Below, piece by piece: positions 7,914-19,896 of a stretch of DNA of 64,000 bases (position 1 is its first letter; each line of letters opens with the position of its first letter). The DNA is from Chthoniobacterales bacterium (GTDB lineage: Bacteria; Verrucomicrobiota; Verrucomicrobiia; Chthoniobacterales; Chthoniobacteraceae): NCBI GenBank assembly GCA_038207335.1, contig JBBQZX010000027.1, positions 19,427-83,426 of the forward strand, read 5' to 3'. Position numbers and translations under genes: made by a program. Below the pieces are notes generated by a model. The model was given only the letters and a program-made list of their open reading frames with translations, was not told the origin of the DNA and ran no database searches.

Positions 7914-10900
7914 TCAGGCGTGCTGGAGCTCGCGCTCGGGCTTGGTTTCGTCCGGGAGTTCCTGCTCGGGCTCGGGCGGTTTTCCGCGATGGCAGAGGCT
8001 GAAGACGACGGGCACGAAGAAGAGCGTGGCCACGGTGGCGAAGAGCAGCCCGCCGATGACGGCGCGGCCGATGGGGGCGTTTTGCTCGCCACCTTCACCG
8101 AGCCCGAGGGACATGGGCAACATGCCGATGATCATCGCGAGCGCGGTCATGAGAACGGCGCGCAGGCGGGTGACGCCGGCGTCTTGCGCGGCTGCGGTGG
8201 CTGGGATTCCGCCGCGGAAATTCGTGCGGGCAAAGGTGACGACGAGCACGGAATTCGCGGTCGCCACTCCGAGGCTCATGATCGCGCCCATGAGCGCCGG
8301 GACGCTGAGCGAGGTGTGTGTGACCCACAGCGACCAAGCGACGCCCGCGAGCGCGCCGGGCAGCGCGCTGATGATGATGAGCGGATCGAGCCAGCTCTGG
8401 AAATTCACGACGAGCAGGAGATAGACGAGGACTATGGCGCCCGCGAGGCCCCAGCCGAGGCCGAGGTAGCTGGAGCGCATGGTCTCGGCCTGGCCGCGGA
8501 CGAGGAGGAAACTACCGCGCGGCAGGTCTTTTTTCGCGGCGTCGAGGATCGGCTGGATGTCGCGCAGCACGCCGCCGAGATCGCGCCCGCTCACGCCGCC
8601 GAAGACGTCGATGACGGGCAGCACGTCATAATGCGAGATGACCGTCGGGCCTTCTGTGCGCTTGATTTCCGCGACGTTCGCGAGAATTTGGCCATTCGCC
8701 TCGCCGGCGGTGCCGCCGCTGACCGGCACGCTTTCCAGCGCGCTGATCGAGTCCATCACATGCTCCGGTGCGCGGATGTTGATCTGGTATTGGATGCCGA
8801 GTTTTGGGTTGAGCCAAAAGGTCGGCTGCACCTGGCCGCTGCCGCTCAGCGCGAGCAGGACGGAGTTCGCGACATCGCGTTCGGTGAGGCCGAGTTCGAT
8901 CGACTTTTCGCGGTTTACATCGACGGCGAGATGCGGCAGGTCAGCGGGCTGCTGCACGCGGACATCGACGGCTCCGGGAACGCTGCGAATTTTATCCGCA
9001 AGCCGAGTGGCGATGGCGCGGCAGGCGACCTGATCGCGGCCATACACCTGCACGTCGAATGGCGCGGGCAGGCCGAGATTCAGCGTCTGGCTGACGATGT
9101 CGGCGGCTTGGAAATAGAAGACGATGCCGGGAAAATCGCGGTTCAGGCGGAGGCGGAGCTCGAGGACGTAGTCGCGCGTGGGGCGGTGGTCGTGCGTGAG
9201 CGAGACGAGGATTTCGGCGTCGCCGGTGCCGATGACGCCGCTGTTGCTGTAGCTGAGCGCGATGCCGGAAAAGGGGATGCCGATGTTGTCGAGAACGCCT
9301 TCGATTTCGTGCCGCGGCACGACCTCACGGATCGTCTGCTCGATGCGCTCGACGAGGCGCACGGTTTCCTCGATGCGAGTGCCGCTGCGGGCGCGGAGAT
9401 GGAGGCGGAATTGCCCGCCATCGACCTCGGGGAAAAAGTCCTGACCGAGCTGGGAAACAAGCAGCAGCGAGGCCAGGCAGAGCGCGAGGAAAACGGCGGC
9501 GAACATTTTCCGATGATGCAGAGCCAGCTCCAGGAGGCCGCGATAGCTGTTTTTGAAACGCGTGAAGCCGTGCTCGAATGCGTGCTGGATGTGGATGAAT
9601 GGCGCGAAGATTCCGCGCGGCGGCGGCTCGTCGGCATCGTGCTCCTCATCCTCGTGGCTGTGATACGGCGAGTTGCGGTAAAACCACATGACGAGCGTTG
9701 GCACGAGGGTGCGCGAGAGGACGTAGCTCGCGAGCATTGCAAAAACGACGGCCTCCGCGAGCGGCACGAAGAGGAAACGCGCGACGCCGGTGAGGAAAAA
9801 CATCGGCACGAAAACGATGCAGATGCAGAGCGTACTGACGAATGCGGGCAGCGCGATTTCCTGCGCGCCGTCGAGGATGGCGACGAGCAGCGGCTTTCCC
9901 ATGGCCATCTGGCGATGCACGTTTTCGATCTCGACCGTGGCGTCATCGACGAGGATGCCGACGGCGAGCGCGAGGCCGCCGAGTGTCATGAGATTGATCG
10001 TCTCGCCGAGGGCGCTGAGGCACGCGAGCGAGGCGAGCACGCTGAGCGGAATCGAGAGCGCGATGATGATCGTGCTGCGCCACGAGCCGATGAAAAGCAG
10101 GATCATGATGGCCGTGAGCGCAGCCGCGACGACGCCCTCTTTCAACACGCCGCTGATCGCTGCGCGGACGAAAAGCGACTGATCGGAGAACTCACGCACC
10201 TCAAGATCGGGATCCACGGTCGAGAGCACGCGAGGGAGCTGCTCCTTGATCCGGCGAACGACTTCGAGCGTGGAGGCCGCGCCGCTTTTCATGATCGTGA
10301 TGAGCGCGCCGCGCTCGCCGTCGCGCCGCACGACGTTCGTCTGCGGCTCGAATCCGTCGCGCACCTGCGCCACATCGCGGAGGTAGATCGTGGTGCCGTT
10401 GACGACTTTGACGGGGATGTCGTTGAGGTCGGCGAGCACGGCGGGGCTGCTGTTCACGTCGATCGCGTATTCGGTGCCGCCGATTTTCGAGGTGCCGCTC
10501 GGAAGGATCAAATTTTGCACGTTCACCGCTTCGACGACGTCCTGTGGGCGGAGGTTTTTCGCCTTCAGTGCGGTGAGGTCGAGATCGACGACGACGGCGC
10601 GTTTTCGTCCGCCGTAAGGCCAGGGGATTTGCGCGCCCGGAATGTTCGCGATGCCGACGCGCACTTGATTCAGCGCGAGGTCGGCGACTTCCTGCTCGCT
10701 CAGTTTTTTGCTCGTGAGGCTGTACTGCAGGATCGGGACGGTCGATGCGTTGTAGCGGATGATGAGCGGCGGCGTCTGGCCCGGCGGCATCTGGCGGAGC
10801 AGCGTCTGCGCGACGGCGGTGAGCTGGGCGACCGCGCCATCGACGCTCGCGCCGGGCTGGAGGAAGACCTTGATGATTCCAACTCCCGCGAAGCTCGTGG

Positions 10901-11147
10901 ACTCGACGTGCTCGATGTCATTGACCGTGGCTGAGAGCGCGCGCTCGTGGTTGAAAAGGATGCGCTGCTCGATGCCTTTCGAGTCCATGCCGGCGTACTG
11001 CCAGATGATGGAGACTACCGGGATATTGATGGAGGGGAAGATGTCCGTCGGTGTCTTCAGCAGGACGTAGGGCGTCAGCAAAAGGAGGACGAGCGAGGCG
11101 ACGATAAAAGTGAGAGGCCGGCGCAGGGCCAGGCGGACGATCCACAT
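7914..11147 (-). CDS. RND efflux permease (AcrB/CusA superfamily)
   Basis: 1077 aa; TDIFPSINIPVV, GILVDDATVEIEN, RLRAVLMTA motifs. Confidence 0.95.
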   Translation of the reverse strand: MWIVRLALRRPLTFIVASLVLLLLTPYVLLKTPTDIFPSINIPVVSIIWQYAGMDSKGIEQRILFNHERALSATVNDIEHVESTSFAGVGIIKVFLQPGASVDGAVAQLTAVAQTLLRQMPPGQTPPLIIRYNASTVPILQYSLTSKKLSEQEVADLALNQVRVGIANIPGAQIPWPYGGRKRAVVVDLDLTALKAKNLRPQDVVEAVNVQNLILPSGTSKIGGTEYAIDVNSSPAVLADLNDIPVKVVNGTTIYLRDVAQVRDGFEPQTNVVRRDGERGALITIMKSGAASTLEVVRRIKEQLPRVLSTVDPDLEVREFSDQSLFVRAAISGVLKEGVVAAALTAIMILLFIGSWRSTIIIALSIPLSVLASLACLSALGETINLMTLGGLALAVGILVDDATVEIENVHRQMAMGKPLLVAILDGAQEIALPAFVSTLCICIVFVPMFFLTGVARFLFVPLAEAVVFAMLASYVLSRTLVPTLVMWFYRNSPYHSHEDEEHDADEPPPRGIFAPFIHIQHAFEHGFTRFKNSYRGLLELALHHRKMFAAVFLALCLASLLLVSQLGQDFFPEVDGGQFRLHLRARSGTRIEETVRLVERIEQTIREVVPRHEIEGVLDNIGIPFSGIALSYSNSGVIGTGDAEILVSLTHDHRPTRDYVLELRLRLNRDFPGIVFYFQAADIVSQTLNLGLPAPFDVQVYGRDQVACRAIATRLADKIRSVPGAVDVRVQQPADLPHLAVDVNREKSIELGLTERDVANSVLLALSGSGQVQPTFWLNPKLGIQYQINIRAPEHVMDSISALESVPVSGGTAGEANGQILANVAEIKRTEGPTVISHYDVLPVIDVFGGVSGRDLGGVLRDIQPILDAAKKDLPRGSFLLVRGQAETMRSSYLGLGWGLAGAIVLVYLLLVVNFQSWLDPLIIISALPGALAGVAWSLWVTHTSLSVPALMGAIMSLGVATANSVLVVTFARTNFRGGIPATAAAQDAGVTRLRAVLMTALAMIIGMLPMSLGLGEGGEQNAPIGRAVIGGLLFATVATLFFVPVVFSLCHRGKPPEPEQELPDETKPERELQHA

Positions 11148-11235
11148 GCGAGTCTGTCAGATGAATCGCGTAGTCTCGCGCGATGGCTGCCTCTGCGCTT
11201 GGACGCGCTTGCTCGGAAGTAAGGACGTTCTTGCG

Positions 11236-12147
11236 CTACCAGCGCGCCGCCGCGAACTCGCTCGGACTCACCTTGAGCACGCGCTTGAAGTGCCGCGCCA
11301 TGTGACTCTGGTCGGAAAAACCGCACTCGCGGGCGATCGCCGCGAGGTTCCACTCGCGCCCTTTTGCGCGGATCAATTCCTGTGCGCGATCGACTCGCAG
11401 ACGGATGAGGTAGTCGTGAGGCGGATGCCCCGTCGCGGCCTTGAACTGGCGCGCAAAGTGAAACGGACTTACGCCCGCGACTTCCGCGAGTTCCTCGAGC
11501 GCGAGTGAGTCGCCGAGCCGCTGGCGCATCAGTTCCACCACTTTTAAAACCGCAACTGGCGGTGCGGCTTGGGCGGGTTTCGTTCCGCGAAGGTGATCGA
11601 ATTCGCGCAAAAGCAACACCGCGATCGTGCGCGCGATTCCTTCCGCGGCCAACGCGGAGCCGGCCAGAGCATCGAGTTCGCGGCCGAGCTGCTGCATGAG
11701 CGCGCAGGCGGGATGAGAGGTCGTGAGTTTGCGATTGTTCGTCTCAGCGGGAATCGCCATCGAAGCTCCGAGTTCGGCGGCGATGCGCTCGAAGAACCAC
11801 GGCTGAAAACCGAGCATCAGCACGCGGACTTCACCTTTCCAGCGGAACGCGACGCGATGGCCCGCAGGCGTGAATCTTCCATCGCCAGCGGCGTAGCGGA
11901 CCGTCTCGACTTTCTTCCCGAGAAGGACTTCCGATTCGAGCGGGCGGAGAAAGCTATAAAAAACATGCTGCCGGATTCCGGTTGGGTAGTTGACCTCGCC
12001 TGAGTTTCCACGCCGCTCCTGAACGATTATTCCCGGCCAGCCGACTGAGCGCCGGACGACCGTGATCGACGCCGGGACATACGTCTCCATATCGACGGGA
12101 GGCAAGCTGGAGTGAGGCTTCACGGGCCGCGATTGTTTCCTGCTCAT
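11236..12147 (-). CDS. AraC-family transcriptional regulator
   Basis: C-terminal SPFHFARQFK...IARECGFSDQSHMARHFKR double HTH. Confidence 0.92.
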   Translation of the reverse strand: MSRKQSRPVKPHSSLPPVDMETYVPASITVVRRSVGWPGIIVQERRGNSGEVNYPTGIRQHVFYSFLRPLESEVLLGKKVETVRYAAGDGRFTPAGHRVAFRWKGEVRVLMLGFQPWFFERIAAELGASMAIPAETNNRKLTTSHPACALMQQLGRELDALAGSALAAEGIARTIAVLLLREFDHLRGTKPAQAAPPVAVLKVVELMRQRLGDSLALEELAEVAGVSPFHFARQFKAATGHPPHDYLIRLRVDRAQELIRAKGREWNLAAIARECGFSDQSHMARHFKRVLKVSPSEFAAARW

Positions 12148-12209
12148 GCGAAAATGCGAGCACAGCGGGCGGGTTGCGCCCGGGGCAGGGCTCGGCGAGT
12201 CTCGCGCTT

Positions 12210-15200
12210 GTGAAAATCCGATTCCTCCCTCGGCTCCGTGTTCTATTTCCGCCGATCATCTTCGTGCTTACCGGAGGAGCGTTCGCTGCGGAGATCGATG
12301 TGAGCAAACTGCCGGTCGCGGCGGCGGCGTTCGACTTTCAAAAAGACATCCAGCCGCTGCTGGAAAATGCGTGCGTGCGGTGTCACGGCGCGGAAAAGCA
12401 GAAGGGGGGGTTTCGCATCGATACGCGCGCCGGGCTGATGAAAGGCGGCGAGGATGGGAAGGCGATCGTGGAGGGGCAGTCGGCTGCTAGCCCGCTCATT
12501 CACTACATCGCGCGGCTGGTGGAGGATCTGGAGATGCCTCCGAAAAAAGAGGATGCGCTGAAGCCGGAGCAGATCGGCGTGCTGCGCGCGTGGATCGACG
12601 ACGGCGCTAAATGGCCCGCCGAGCTGACGCTCGCGTCGCCGAAACGCGCGGGCGATGGGCCGGACAAGCGCGAGTATTGGGCATTCAAACCGCCGGTGCG
12701 TGCCGCGCTGCCCGCGGTGAAAAACGCGGCGTGGGCGCGCGAGCCGATCGACAGTTTCGTCCTCGCGAAACTCGACTCCGAAAATCTTACGCCGTCCGCG
12801 GAGGCCGATAAAACCACGCTTTTGAGGCGACTGAGCCTCGATCTCGTCGGGCTGCCGCCGACGATTTCGGAGGTCGATGAGTTCCTAGCCGATGCTTCGC
12901 CGGATGCGTATCGAAAGCAGGTCGAGCGGCTGCTCGCGTCGCCGCACTACGGAGAGCGGTGGGCGCGCGACTGGCTCGACGCGGCGCGATACGCCGACAG
13001 CGACGGCTACGAAAAGGACAAGCCGCGCGTCGCGCATTTTTACCGCGACTGGGTGATCGACGCGTTCAATCGCGACCTGCCTTACAGCGAATTTGTGATC
13101 GAGCAATTGGCTGGCGATCAGCTTCCCAATGCGACTCAGGAGCAGATCGTGGCGACGGGATTTCTCCGCAACTCAATGATCAATGAAGAGGGCGGCGCGG
13201 ACCCGGAGCAGTTTCGGATGGAGGCGATGTTCGACCGGATGGAGGCGGTGGGGAAAAGCGTGCTCGGGCTCACGATTCAGTGCGCGCAGTGCCACGACCA
13301 CAAATACGATCCGATCTCGCAGCATGAGTATTTCCGGCTCTTCGCGTTCCTAAATAACGACGACGAATCGCAGCCGCTCGTCTTCACGCCGGAGGAGCAG
13401 ATGCGGCGCGCGGATGTGCTGCGGCAGGTCGGCGAAATCGAGGCGGAGCTGGCGCACGAAAATGCGGATCGGATCGCGGCGTGGGAGGATGAATGGAAGC
13501 AGCGCGCGCAGCCGGAGTGGCGCGTGATTCAACCGATCGTCGAGGACATTTCGACCGGCGGGCAGCGGTATTTGCCACAGGCGGACGGGTCGTTCATCGC
13601 CGCGGGCTATCAGCCGACGAAGCACGAGGCGAAGATGACGATGAAGCTGCCGGATGCGAAGGGGATCACGGCGTTTCGACTCGAGGTGATGAACGATGCG
13701 AACCTGCCCGCGCAGGGGCCGGGGCGGTCGCATCTCGGGACGTTTGGGCTTACGGAATTCAAGGCCGAGGCGAGCGGAGCGGATGGCAGGATGCAGGCCG
13801 TGAATTTTTCAAAGGCGGTCGCCGACCTCGAGCCGGCGCCGGAGACGCCGGTGCGGCGGGAATTCAATGAGAAAGAGCCGAAGCATCGAGTGATCGGACC
13901 GGCGAGTTACGCGATCGATGGGAACGAAGAGACTGCTTGGTCGAACGACGTCGGGCCGGGGCGGCGCAATCACGCGTGCGTCGCAATTTTCACCACGGAG
14001 AAGCCGGTTGCGAATGACGGCGACGGAACGCTCACGATCAAGCTGACGCAGAAGCACGGCGGGTGGAACTCGGACGATTTGCAGGGGGATAATCTCGGGC
14101 GTTTTCGCATCGCGGTCACGACTGCGAGCGATGCGGATCGCGACTTGATTGCTCCCACTGCGCGCGAGGCGATGGCCGTGCCGCGGGAGCAGCGCGATGC
14201 GTCGCAGAAACACGCGATTTTCGCCGCATGGCTCGCCGCGCAGCCGGAGCAAAAGGATGCGCGCGCCGCGATCGACGCCCTGTGGAAGCAGTATCCAGAG
14301 GGGACGACGCAGCTCGTGCTTTCGGAGCGCACGAAGCTCCGCGAGACGCACATGCTGAAGCGTGGCGACTGGCTGAAGCCCGCGCGCGTCGTGACGCCGA
14401 ACGTGCCGGCGATCCTGAATCCACTGCCTGCGAATGCGCAGGCGACGCGGCTGACTTTTGCAAGATGGCTGGTCGATCCGAAAGCGCCGACGACCGCGCG
14501 GGTCTTCGTGAATCGCGTGTGGCAGCATTATTTCGGGACGGGAATCGTGGCGACGCCGGAGGATTTCGGGACGCAGAGCGAGGCGCCGTCGCACCCGGAA
14601 TTGCTCGACTGGCTGGCGTGCGAATTCATGGGGAGCGGCTGGAGCGTGAAGCATTTGCAGCGGCTCATCGTGAACTCCGCGACGTATCGGCAGTCGTCGC
14701 GCACGACGCCGGAGATCATCGAGCGCGATCCCTACAATCGGCTGCTCGCGCGCGGGCCGCGGTTTCGGGTCGAAGGCGAAATCGTGCGCGACATTCAGCT
14801 CGCCGCGAGCGGCTTGTTGAATCCCGAAATCGGCGGACGCAGCGTGATGCCGCCCGCGCCCGCGTTTTTGTTTCAGCCGCCGGCGAGCTACGCGCCTTTC
14901 CCGTGGATCGAGGAGAAGGACGGCGAGCGATACCGCCGCGCAATCTACACGTATCGCCGCCGCACGACGCCGTATCCGATGTTGCAGGCATTCGACACGC
15001 CGGAGGGGAATGTCTCGTGCATCCGCCGGAGTCGCTCGAACACGCCGCTGCAGGCGCTGATGACTTTGAACGAAACGCTCGCGGTTGAGGCTGCTCGCGC
15101 GCTGGCGCGGCGGACGCTGGAGGAAGGCGGGAGCAGCGATTCCGCGCGGATCGAGTACGGCTTTCGGCGCTGCCTCAGTCGCGCGCCGAGCGATGCAGAA

Positions 15201-15398
15201 CGCACCGCGCTTTTGGAAGTCATCGCAAAACAAACCGCGCGCATTTCCGCGGGCGGCGTGCGCGCGGAGGAGGTCGCAAGCGGGAAAAACGAGCCGCTCG
15301 CCGAGCTTCCGGCTGGCACGACGGCAGCGCAATTCGCCGCCTACACGGTCGTCTCGCGCGTGTTGCTGAACTTGGACGAAATGATCACAAAGGAGTAG
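12210..15398 (+). CDS. Planctomycete cytochrome c / DUF1549 / DUF1553 (PSD1) domain protein
   Basis: CVRCH and [11 protein letters not shown] heme motifs, [52 protein letters not shown] start inferred. Confidence 0.92.
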   Translation: MKIRFLPRLRVLFPPIIFVLTGGAFAAEIDVSKLPVAAAAFDFQKDIQPLLENACVRCHGAEKQKGGFRIDTRAGLMKGGEDGKAIVEGQSAASPLIHYIARLVEDLEMPPKKEDALKPEQIGVLRAWIDDGAKWPAELTLASPKRAGDGPDKREYWAFKPPVRAALPAVKNAAWAREPIDSFVLAKLDSENLTPSAEADKTTLLRRLSLDLVGLPPTISEVDEFLADASPDAYRKQVERLLASPHYGERWARDWLDAARYADSDGYEKDKPRVAHFYRDWVIDAFNRDLPYSEFVIEQLAGDQLPNATQEQIVATGFLRNSMINEEGGADPEQFRMEAMFDRMEAVGKSVLGLTIQCAQCHDHKYDPISQHEYFRLFAFLNNDDESQPLVFTPEEQMRRADVLRQVGEIEAELAHENADRIAAWEDEWKQRAQPEWRVIQPIVEDISTGGQRYLPQADGSFIAAGYQPTKHEAKMTMKLPDAKGITAFRLEVMNDANLPAQGPGRSHLGTFGLTEFKAEASGADGRMQAVNFSKAVADLEPAPETPVRREFNEKEPKHRVIGPASYAIDGNEETAWSNDVGPGRRNHACVAIFTTEKPVANDGDGTLTIKLTQKHGGWNSDDLQGDNLGRFRIAVTTASDADRDLIAPTAREAMAVPREQRDASQKHAIFAAWLAAQPEQKDARAAIDALWKQYPEGTTQLVLSERTKLRETHMLKRGDWLKPARVVTPNVPAILNPLPANAQATRLTFARWLVDPKAPTTARVFVNRVWQHYFGTGIVATPEDFGTQSEAPSHPELLDWLACEFMGSGWSVKHLQRLIVNSATYRQSSRTTPEIIERDPYNRLLARGPRFRVEGEIVRDIQLAASGLLNPEIGGRSVMPPAPAFLFQPPASYAPFPWIEEKDGERYRRAIYTYRRRTTPYPMLQAFDTPEGNVSCIRRSRSNTPLQALMTLNETLAVEAARALARRTLEEGGSSDSARIEYGFRRCLSRAPSDAERTALLEVIAKQTARISAGGVRAEEVASGKNEPLAELPAGTTAAQFAAYTVVSRVLLNLDEMITKE

Positions 15399-15403
15399 AC
15401 GCC

Positions 15404-16846
15404 ATGAACCACCTCGAACATTTCCAAACGCAATTGCGGCAGCAGGTTGCGCGGCGGTGGTTTTTCCGGCAGTGCGGCGTCGGGCTGGGGTCGATCGCGC
15501 TCGGATCGCTGCTGCGCGATGGGCTGATTTCATCGGCTTCAGGGGCGGGGATGCTGGAGAATCCGCTGGCTCCGAAATTGCCGCATTTCGCGGCGAAAGT
15601 GAAGCGGGTGATCTTTCTTTTTCAGGCGGGAGCGCCGAGTCATCTCGAGCTTTTCGACTACAAATCGGAACTCGTAAAATGGGACGGGAAGCTGCCGCCC
15701 GCGGAGCTGCTGGAGGGTTATCGCGCGGCGTTCATCAATCCCAACAGCACGCTGATGGCGTCGAAATACAAGTTCGACAAACACGGGCAAAGCGGGGCGG
15801 AGCTGGGCGAGTTACTGCCGCATCTGGCGGAGGTCGTGGATGACATCGCGATTGTAAAGTCGATGCAGACCGACGCTTTCAATCACGCGCCGGCGCAGAT
15901 TTTCATGAACACGGGCGCGACGCAATTTGGCCGGCCGAGCATGGGAGCGTGGACGACCTACGGGCTCGGGAGTGAGTCGCAGGATTTGCCGGGATTCGTC
16001 GTTTTTTCCACCGGTCAAAAAGGAACGAGTGGCGGAGCGAGCAATTACGGGTGCGGATTTTTGCCGACGGTTTATCAGGGCGTGCCGTTTCGCGGGCAGG
16101 GCGATCCGGTGCTGTTTTTATCGAACCCCGCGGGCATCGACGCGACGATGCAGCGCGACACGCTCGACGCGATCAAGCAGCTCAATGAGCAGCATTTTGG
16201 GGCGGTCGGTGACCCGGAAATCGCGACGCGGATCAACTCCTTCGAGCTCGCGTATCGGATGCAGACGAGCACGCCAGACCTAATGGACATCGCGAAGGAG
16301 TCGAAGGAAACGCTCGAGATGTACGGCGCGGAGCCGGGCAAATCTTCGTACGCGAACGCGTGCCTGCTCGCGCGGCGTCTCGTCGAGCGTGGGGTGCGAT
16401 TCGTGCAGATTTTCCACGAAGCGTGGGATCACCACGGCGGTTTGACGAAGGGCTTGAGGGACCAGACGGCGGCAACTGACAAGCCGAGCGCGGCGCTCAT
16501 CAAAGACCTCAAGCAGCGCGGTTTGCTCGAGGATACGCTCGTGATTTGGGGCGGGGAATTTGGCCGAACGCCGATGGTGCAGGGCGGCAACGACGGGCGC
16601 GATCACCACCCGAATGCATTTTCGATGTGGATGGCGGGTGGCGGTGTGAAGCGCGGCATCACGCTCGGAAAGTCGGACGACTTCGGCTTCAACGCGATCG
16701 AGGACAAAGTGCACGTCCACGACCTCCACGCGACGATCCTGCATCTGCTCGGCTTTGATCACACGAAGCTCACGTATCGTTTTCAAGGGCGCGATTTTCG
16801 TCTGACCGACGTGCGCGGGGAGGTCGTGAAAAAGCTGCTCGCGTAG
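15404..16846 (+). CDS. DUF1501 domain protein (probable Tat substrate)
   Basis: ARRWFF twin-arginine-like motif, [39 protein letters not shown]; the usual partner of DUF1549/1553 genes. Confidence 0.92.
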   Translation: MNHLEHFQTQLRQQVARRWFFRQCGVGLGSIALGSLLRDGLISSASGAGMLENPLAPKLPHFAAKVKRVIFLFQAGAPSHLELFDYKSELVKWDGKLPPAELLEGYRAAFINPNSTLMASKYKFDKHGQSGAELGELLPHLAEVVDDIAIVKSMQTDAFNHAPAQIFMNTGATQFGRPSMGAWTTYGLGSESQDLPGFVVFSTGQKGTSGGASNYGCGFLPTVYQGVPFRGQGDPVLFLSNPAGIDATMQRDTLDAIKQLNEQHFGAVGDPEIATRINSFELAYRMQTSTPDLMDIAKESKETLEMYGAEPGKSSYANACLLARRLVERGVRFVQIFHEAWDHHGGLTKGLRDQTAATDKPSAALIKDLKQRGLLEDTLVIWGGEFGRTPMVQGGNDGRDHHPNAFSMWMAGGGVKRGITLGKSDDFGFNAIEDKVHVHDLHATILHLLGFDHTKLTYRFQGRDFRLTDVRGEVVKKLLA

Positions 16847-16872
16847 ATTTCGCGAGCGCGTGCGTGGAAGAT

Positions 16873-16902
16873 TTGGCAAGGCGCGCGCGCGTCGCGTAGC
16901 CT
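16873..16902 (+). promoter_or_regulatory. Putative sigma70 promoter of tolB
   Basis: TTGGCA-18 nt-TAGCCT, 9 nt before the ATG. Confidence 0.4.
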
Positions 16903-16911
16903 CCTCAGCTC

Positions 16912-18039
16912 ATGAAAAAACTCTGCGCGATTTTCTCGCTTGCGGCGGCTTCGGTGGCGCTCGCTGTCGAGGTGCCGACGATCACCATTTCAAAAAGCGA
17001 CAAGCTCAGCATCGCGGTGAACGGGCTCAGTGGAGAGGTTGCAAAAGTGCTCGAAAACGACCTCGCGATGTCGGGTTATTTCAAGATCACGCCTCCGGGC
17101 GCCTCAGGGTTTCTCGTGAGCGGGAGCGGAGGCGGGACGCTGAATGGAAAGGTCGAAGATCACGGCGGGAAGACCGTGTTGAGCAAGTCATTCAGCGGTT
17201 CGGCGCGGAGTCAGGCGCATCAGTTTGCGGATGAAATCGTGGAGACGCTGACGGGCGCGCGCGGCATCGCAAATACGCGTGTGGCGTTCGTGGCGACGAA
17301 GACGGGGAAGAAGGAAATCTATCTCGCGGATGCGGATGGCGCGGGGGTTACGGAGCTGACGCACGACGGAAACATCAGCGTCGCGCCGTGCCTCAGCCCG
17401 GATGGACGTTCGCTCGCTTACACCGGCTACAAGAGCGGCTACCCGGATGTGTACGAGATCAATCTCGCGAGCGGAGCGCGCAATCGGATCATCAAATTTC
17501 CCGGCACGAATTCTGGCGCGGCGTATTCGCCGGATGGCGGGAAAATCGCGCTGACTCTGAGCAAGGACGGCAACCCGGAACTTTACGTCACGAGCGCGAG
17601 CGGTGGCGGCGCGCGGCGGCTCACGCGGACGCCGGGAGTCGAGTCGTCGCCGACGTGGTCGCCGGATGGCGGCGAGATAATTTACTCGAGCGACGACCGC
17701 GGCACGCCGCAGCTCTATCGCATCTCGGCGAGCGGCGGCAGCGGGCAACTCATCTCGACCGGACACGGCTACAACACAGAGCCGAACTGGTCGCCCGATG
17801 GAAAAAGAGTGGCGTTCAATGTGCGCGAGGGCGGCGGCTTCGCGGTGGCGATTCTGGAGCTCGCGAGCGGGCAGACGCGGCTCGTCGGCGACGGGCAGGA
17901 CCCGGCTTGGGGAGCGGATTCGCGGCACCTCATTTTCGCGAGCGGCGGCGCGCTGATTTTGCTCGACGCGCAGACGGGCCAAAAGACAACTCTCGTCAGT
18001 GGCCTCGGCAAAATCTCCGAGCCGACATGGTCCCGCTAA
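16912..18039 (+). CDS. tolB: Tol-Pal beta-propeller protein TolB
   Basis: Signal peptide, AHQFADEIV, repeated SPDG (PD40) blades; directly upstream of pal. Confidence 0.9.
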   Translation: MKKLCAIFSLAAASVALAVEVPTITISKSDKLSIAVNGLSGEVAKVLENDLAMSGYFKITPPGASGFLVSGSGGGTLNGKVEDHGGKTVLSKSFSGSARSQAHQFADEIVETLTGARGIANTRVAFVATKTGKKEIYLADADGAGVTELTHDGNISVAPCLSPDGRSLAYTGYKSGYPDVYEINLASGARNRIIKFPGTNSGAAYSPDGGKIALTLSKDGNPELYVTSASGGGARRLTRTPGVESSPTWSPDGGEIIYSSDDRGTPQLYRISASGGSGQLISTGHGYNTEPNWSPDGKRVAFNVREGGGFAVAILELASGQTRLVGDGQDPAWGADSRHLIFASGGALILLDAQTGQKTTLVSGLGKISEPTWSR

Positions 18040-18050
18040 CCTTCAAAAAA

Positions 18051-18575
18051 ATGCACCTCTCTCGTCCCCTTCGCACCGCTTGCATCGCCACTTTGGCACT
18101 CTCGCTCAGCTCCTGCGCGAGCTGGAAAAAGGGAGGCAGTGGCAGCGGCGGCGATTACGGTGGCAGCGACAGCGATTCGGTAAATGGGACCGCGCTGCCC
18201 GATCGGCAGGAGGGGGTCTCTTTTCTCGGCGAAAATGTGGATCGCAACAAATTCAGCCCGGTGCATTTCGGTTACGACAGCTTTTCGGTGAGCGGGGACG
18301 AGCGCGGGAAAATTCGCGAGGTTGCGGAGTTCATGCGGAGCAGTGAGAAGTCGATCATCATCGCTGGCTTCACGGACGAGCGCGGCACGCCGGAATACAA
18401 TCGTGGACTTGGCGAGCGGCGCGCGCAGGCCGTGCGGTCCGCGCTCATCTCGGCGGGCGCGGATGGCAGCCGGTTGCAGACTGTGAGCTTCGGCGCGGAG
18501 TTGCCCGTCGATTCCAGTTCGGGCGACTCCGCGTGGGCAAAAAACCGCCGCGCCGAATTCGGCGTCGTGCGGTGA
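18051..18575 (+). CDS. pal: Peptidoglycan-associated lipoprotein Pal (OmpA-like)
   Basis: Lipobox LSSC; VHFGYD, GFTDERGTPEYNRGLGERRA, AKNRRAEF. Confidence 0.92.
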   Translation: MHLSRPLRTACIATLALSLSSCASWKKGGSGSGGDYGGSDSDSVNGTALPDRQEGVSFLGENVDRNKFSPVHFGYDSFSVSGDERGKIREVAEFMRSSEKSIIIAGFTDERGTPEYNRGLGERRAQAVRSALISAGADGSRLQTVSFGAELPVDSSSGDSAWAKNRRAEFGVVR

Positions 18576-18601
18576 ATCGTGTCTGAAAAACCTCCCGCGC
18601 G

Positions 18602-19708
18602 ATGACGTGGGATTATCTCATCGTCGGCGCGGGATTCGCGGGCTCCGTGCTCGCGGAGCGGCTCGCGAGCCAATGCGGCGCGATGTGTCTCGTCATCGAC
18701 CGGCGCGAGCACATCGGCGGGAATGCGTTCGACAAATTCGATGCCGCGGGCGTGCTCATCCATCCGTACGGGCCGCACTATTTCCGCACGAATTCCGATC
18801 GCATCGTCGCGTATCTCAGCCAGTTCACGGAGTGGCATCCGGTCAATTACAAAATCCTCGCGTGGACCGGCGGGCGATACTGGCAGTTCCCGATCAATCT
18901 CAACACGTTCGAGCAACTTCTTGGGCGCCCATCATCGAGCGAGGAAATGGAGGCGACGCTCGCCGAGTGGCGCGTGCCGATCGAGCGCCCGGCGAACTCC
19001 GAGGAGATCATCCTGAGCCAGGTCGGCGAGCGGCTCTACGAGATGTTTTTTAAGAGCTACACACGCAAGCAATGGCAGCGCGAACCACGCGAACTCGACG
19101 CCTCGGTCTGCGGTCGCATTCCGATTCGAACCAACCGCGACGACCGGTTTTTGAGCGAGAAATTCCAGGCTCTCCCGACGCGCGGATACACCGCAATCTT
19201 CGAGAAAATGCTCGCCCATCCTGCGATCGAAGTCCGGCTCGGGACCGACTACCGCGAAGCGCGCGCGCAGGTCGATTTCAAGAGGTTGATTTTCACCGGC
19301 CCGATCGACGAATACTTCGATCACTGCTTCGGCCCACTGCCTTATCGCTCGCTGCGTTTCGAGCCGGAGACGTTCACGGATCGCGAGTTTTTCCAGCCGG
19401 CGATGCAGGTGAATTTTCCGAACGACCATGATTTCACGCGCATCGTGGAGATCAAGCACGCGACGGGTCAGGTGATCCCGGCGACGACGATCGTGCGGGA
19501 GTACCCGCAGGATTTCGGTCCCGGTCGGGAGCCCTACTATCCGATCCCCGCGCCCGCCGCGCGCGCCCTCTACGAACGCTACGCGGCGCTCGCGGCGGCG
19601 GAGCCGAAGGTGACTTTCACCGGACGCCTCGCGACCTATCGCTACTACAACATGGACCAAGTCGTCGGCATGGCGCTTGCGGATTTCGAGAAGCTGCGGG
19701 CAGGGTAG
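18602..19708 (+). CDS. glf: UDP-galactopyranose mutase
   Basis: GAGFAG FAD motif, HIGGN, YGPHYFRT, LPYRSLRF, GRLATYRYYNMDQ. Confidence 0.95.
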   Translation: MTWDYLIVGAGFAGSVLAERLASQCGAMCLVIDRREHIGGNAFDKFDAAGVLIHPYGPHYFRTNSDRIVAYLSQFTEWHPVNYKILAWTGGRYWQFPINLNTFEQLLGRPSSSEEMEATLAEWRVPIERPANSEEIILSQVGERLYEMFFKSYTRKQWQREPRELDASVCGRIPIRTNRDDRFLSEKFQALPTRGYTAIFEKMLAHPAIEVRLGTDYREARAQVDFKRLIFTGPIDEYFDHCFGPLPYRSLRFEPETFTDREFFQPAMQVNFPNDHDFTRIVEIKHATGQVIPATTIVREYPQDFGPGREPYYPIPAPAARALYERYAALAAAEPKVTFTGRLATYRYYNMDQVVGMALADFEKLRAG

Positions 19709-19857
19709 CGCACGCGTCACGCGTATCGGTGGACTCGTCCCGACTCGACGAACTTTATAAACGCTGCGGTTCGTTTGCGCGCGCTGGGACAAGGCACGCG
19801 CGTTAAAAAGTTCGATTCGACGGGACGCCGATCGCAAACTTGGGACGAGTGGGCTAC
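19705..19857. repeat. GTAG-type REP/REPIN-like long imperfect hairpin between convergent glf and thiG
   Basis: GTAGCGCACGCGTCAC vs reverse complement GTAGCCCACTCGTCCC (13/16), plus inner arms CGTCCCG..CGAACTTT..AACGC / GCGTT..AAAGTTCG..CGGGACG. Confidence 0.7.
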
Positions 19858-19896
19858 TCGGTGCCGGGACTCGCGCGTTAGCCGATTTTTTACGAG

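Noticed and set aside
7920..10934. 1004-aa ORF antisense to the RND permease (also 48082-49368, 36442-38214, 43412-45169 and 59190-60947)
   Set aside because: Shadow ORFs expected opposite real genes in high-GC DNA; no recognisable motifs
6777..11147. RND pump without an outer-membrane factor as a novelty
   Set aside because: TolC-like partners are commonly encoded elsewhere
4519..12147. Genomic island integrated at tRNA-Leu
   Set aside because: No integrase, and no duplicate of the tRNA 3' end was noticed
17388..18050. N-terminal extension of Pal
   Set aside because: Off-frame overlap with tolB; the lipoprotein signal starts at 18051
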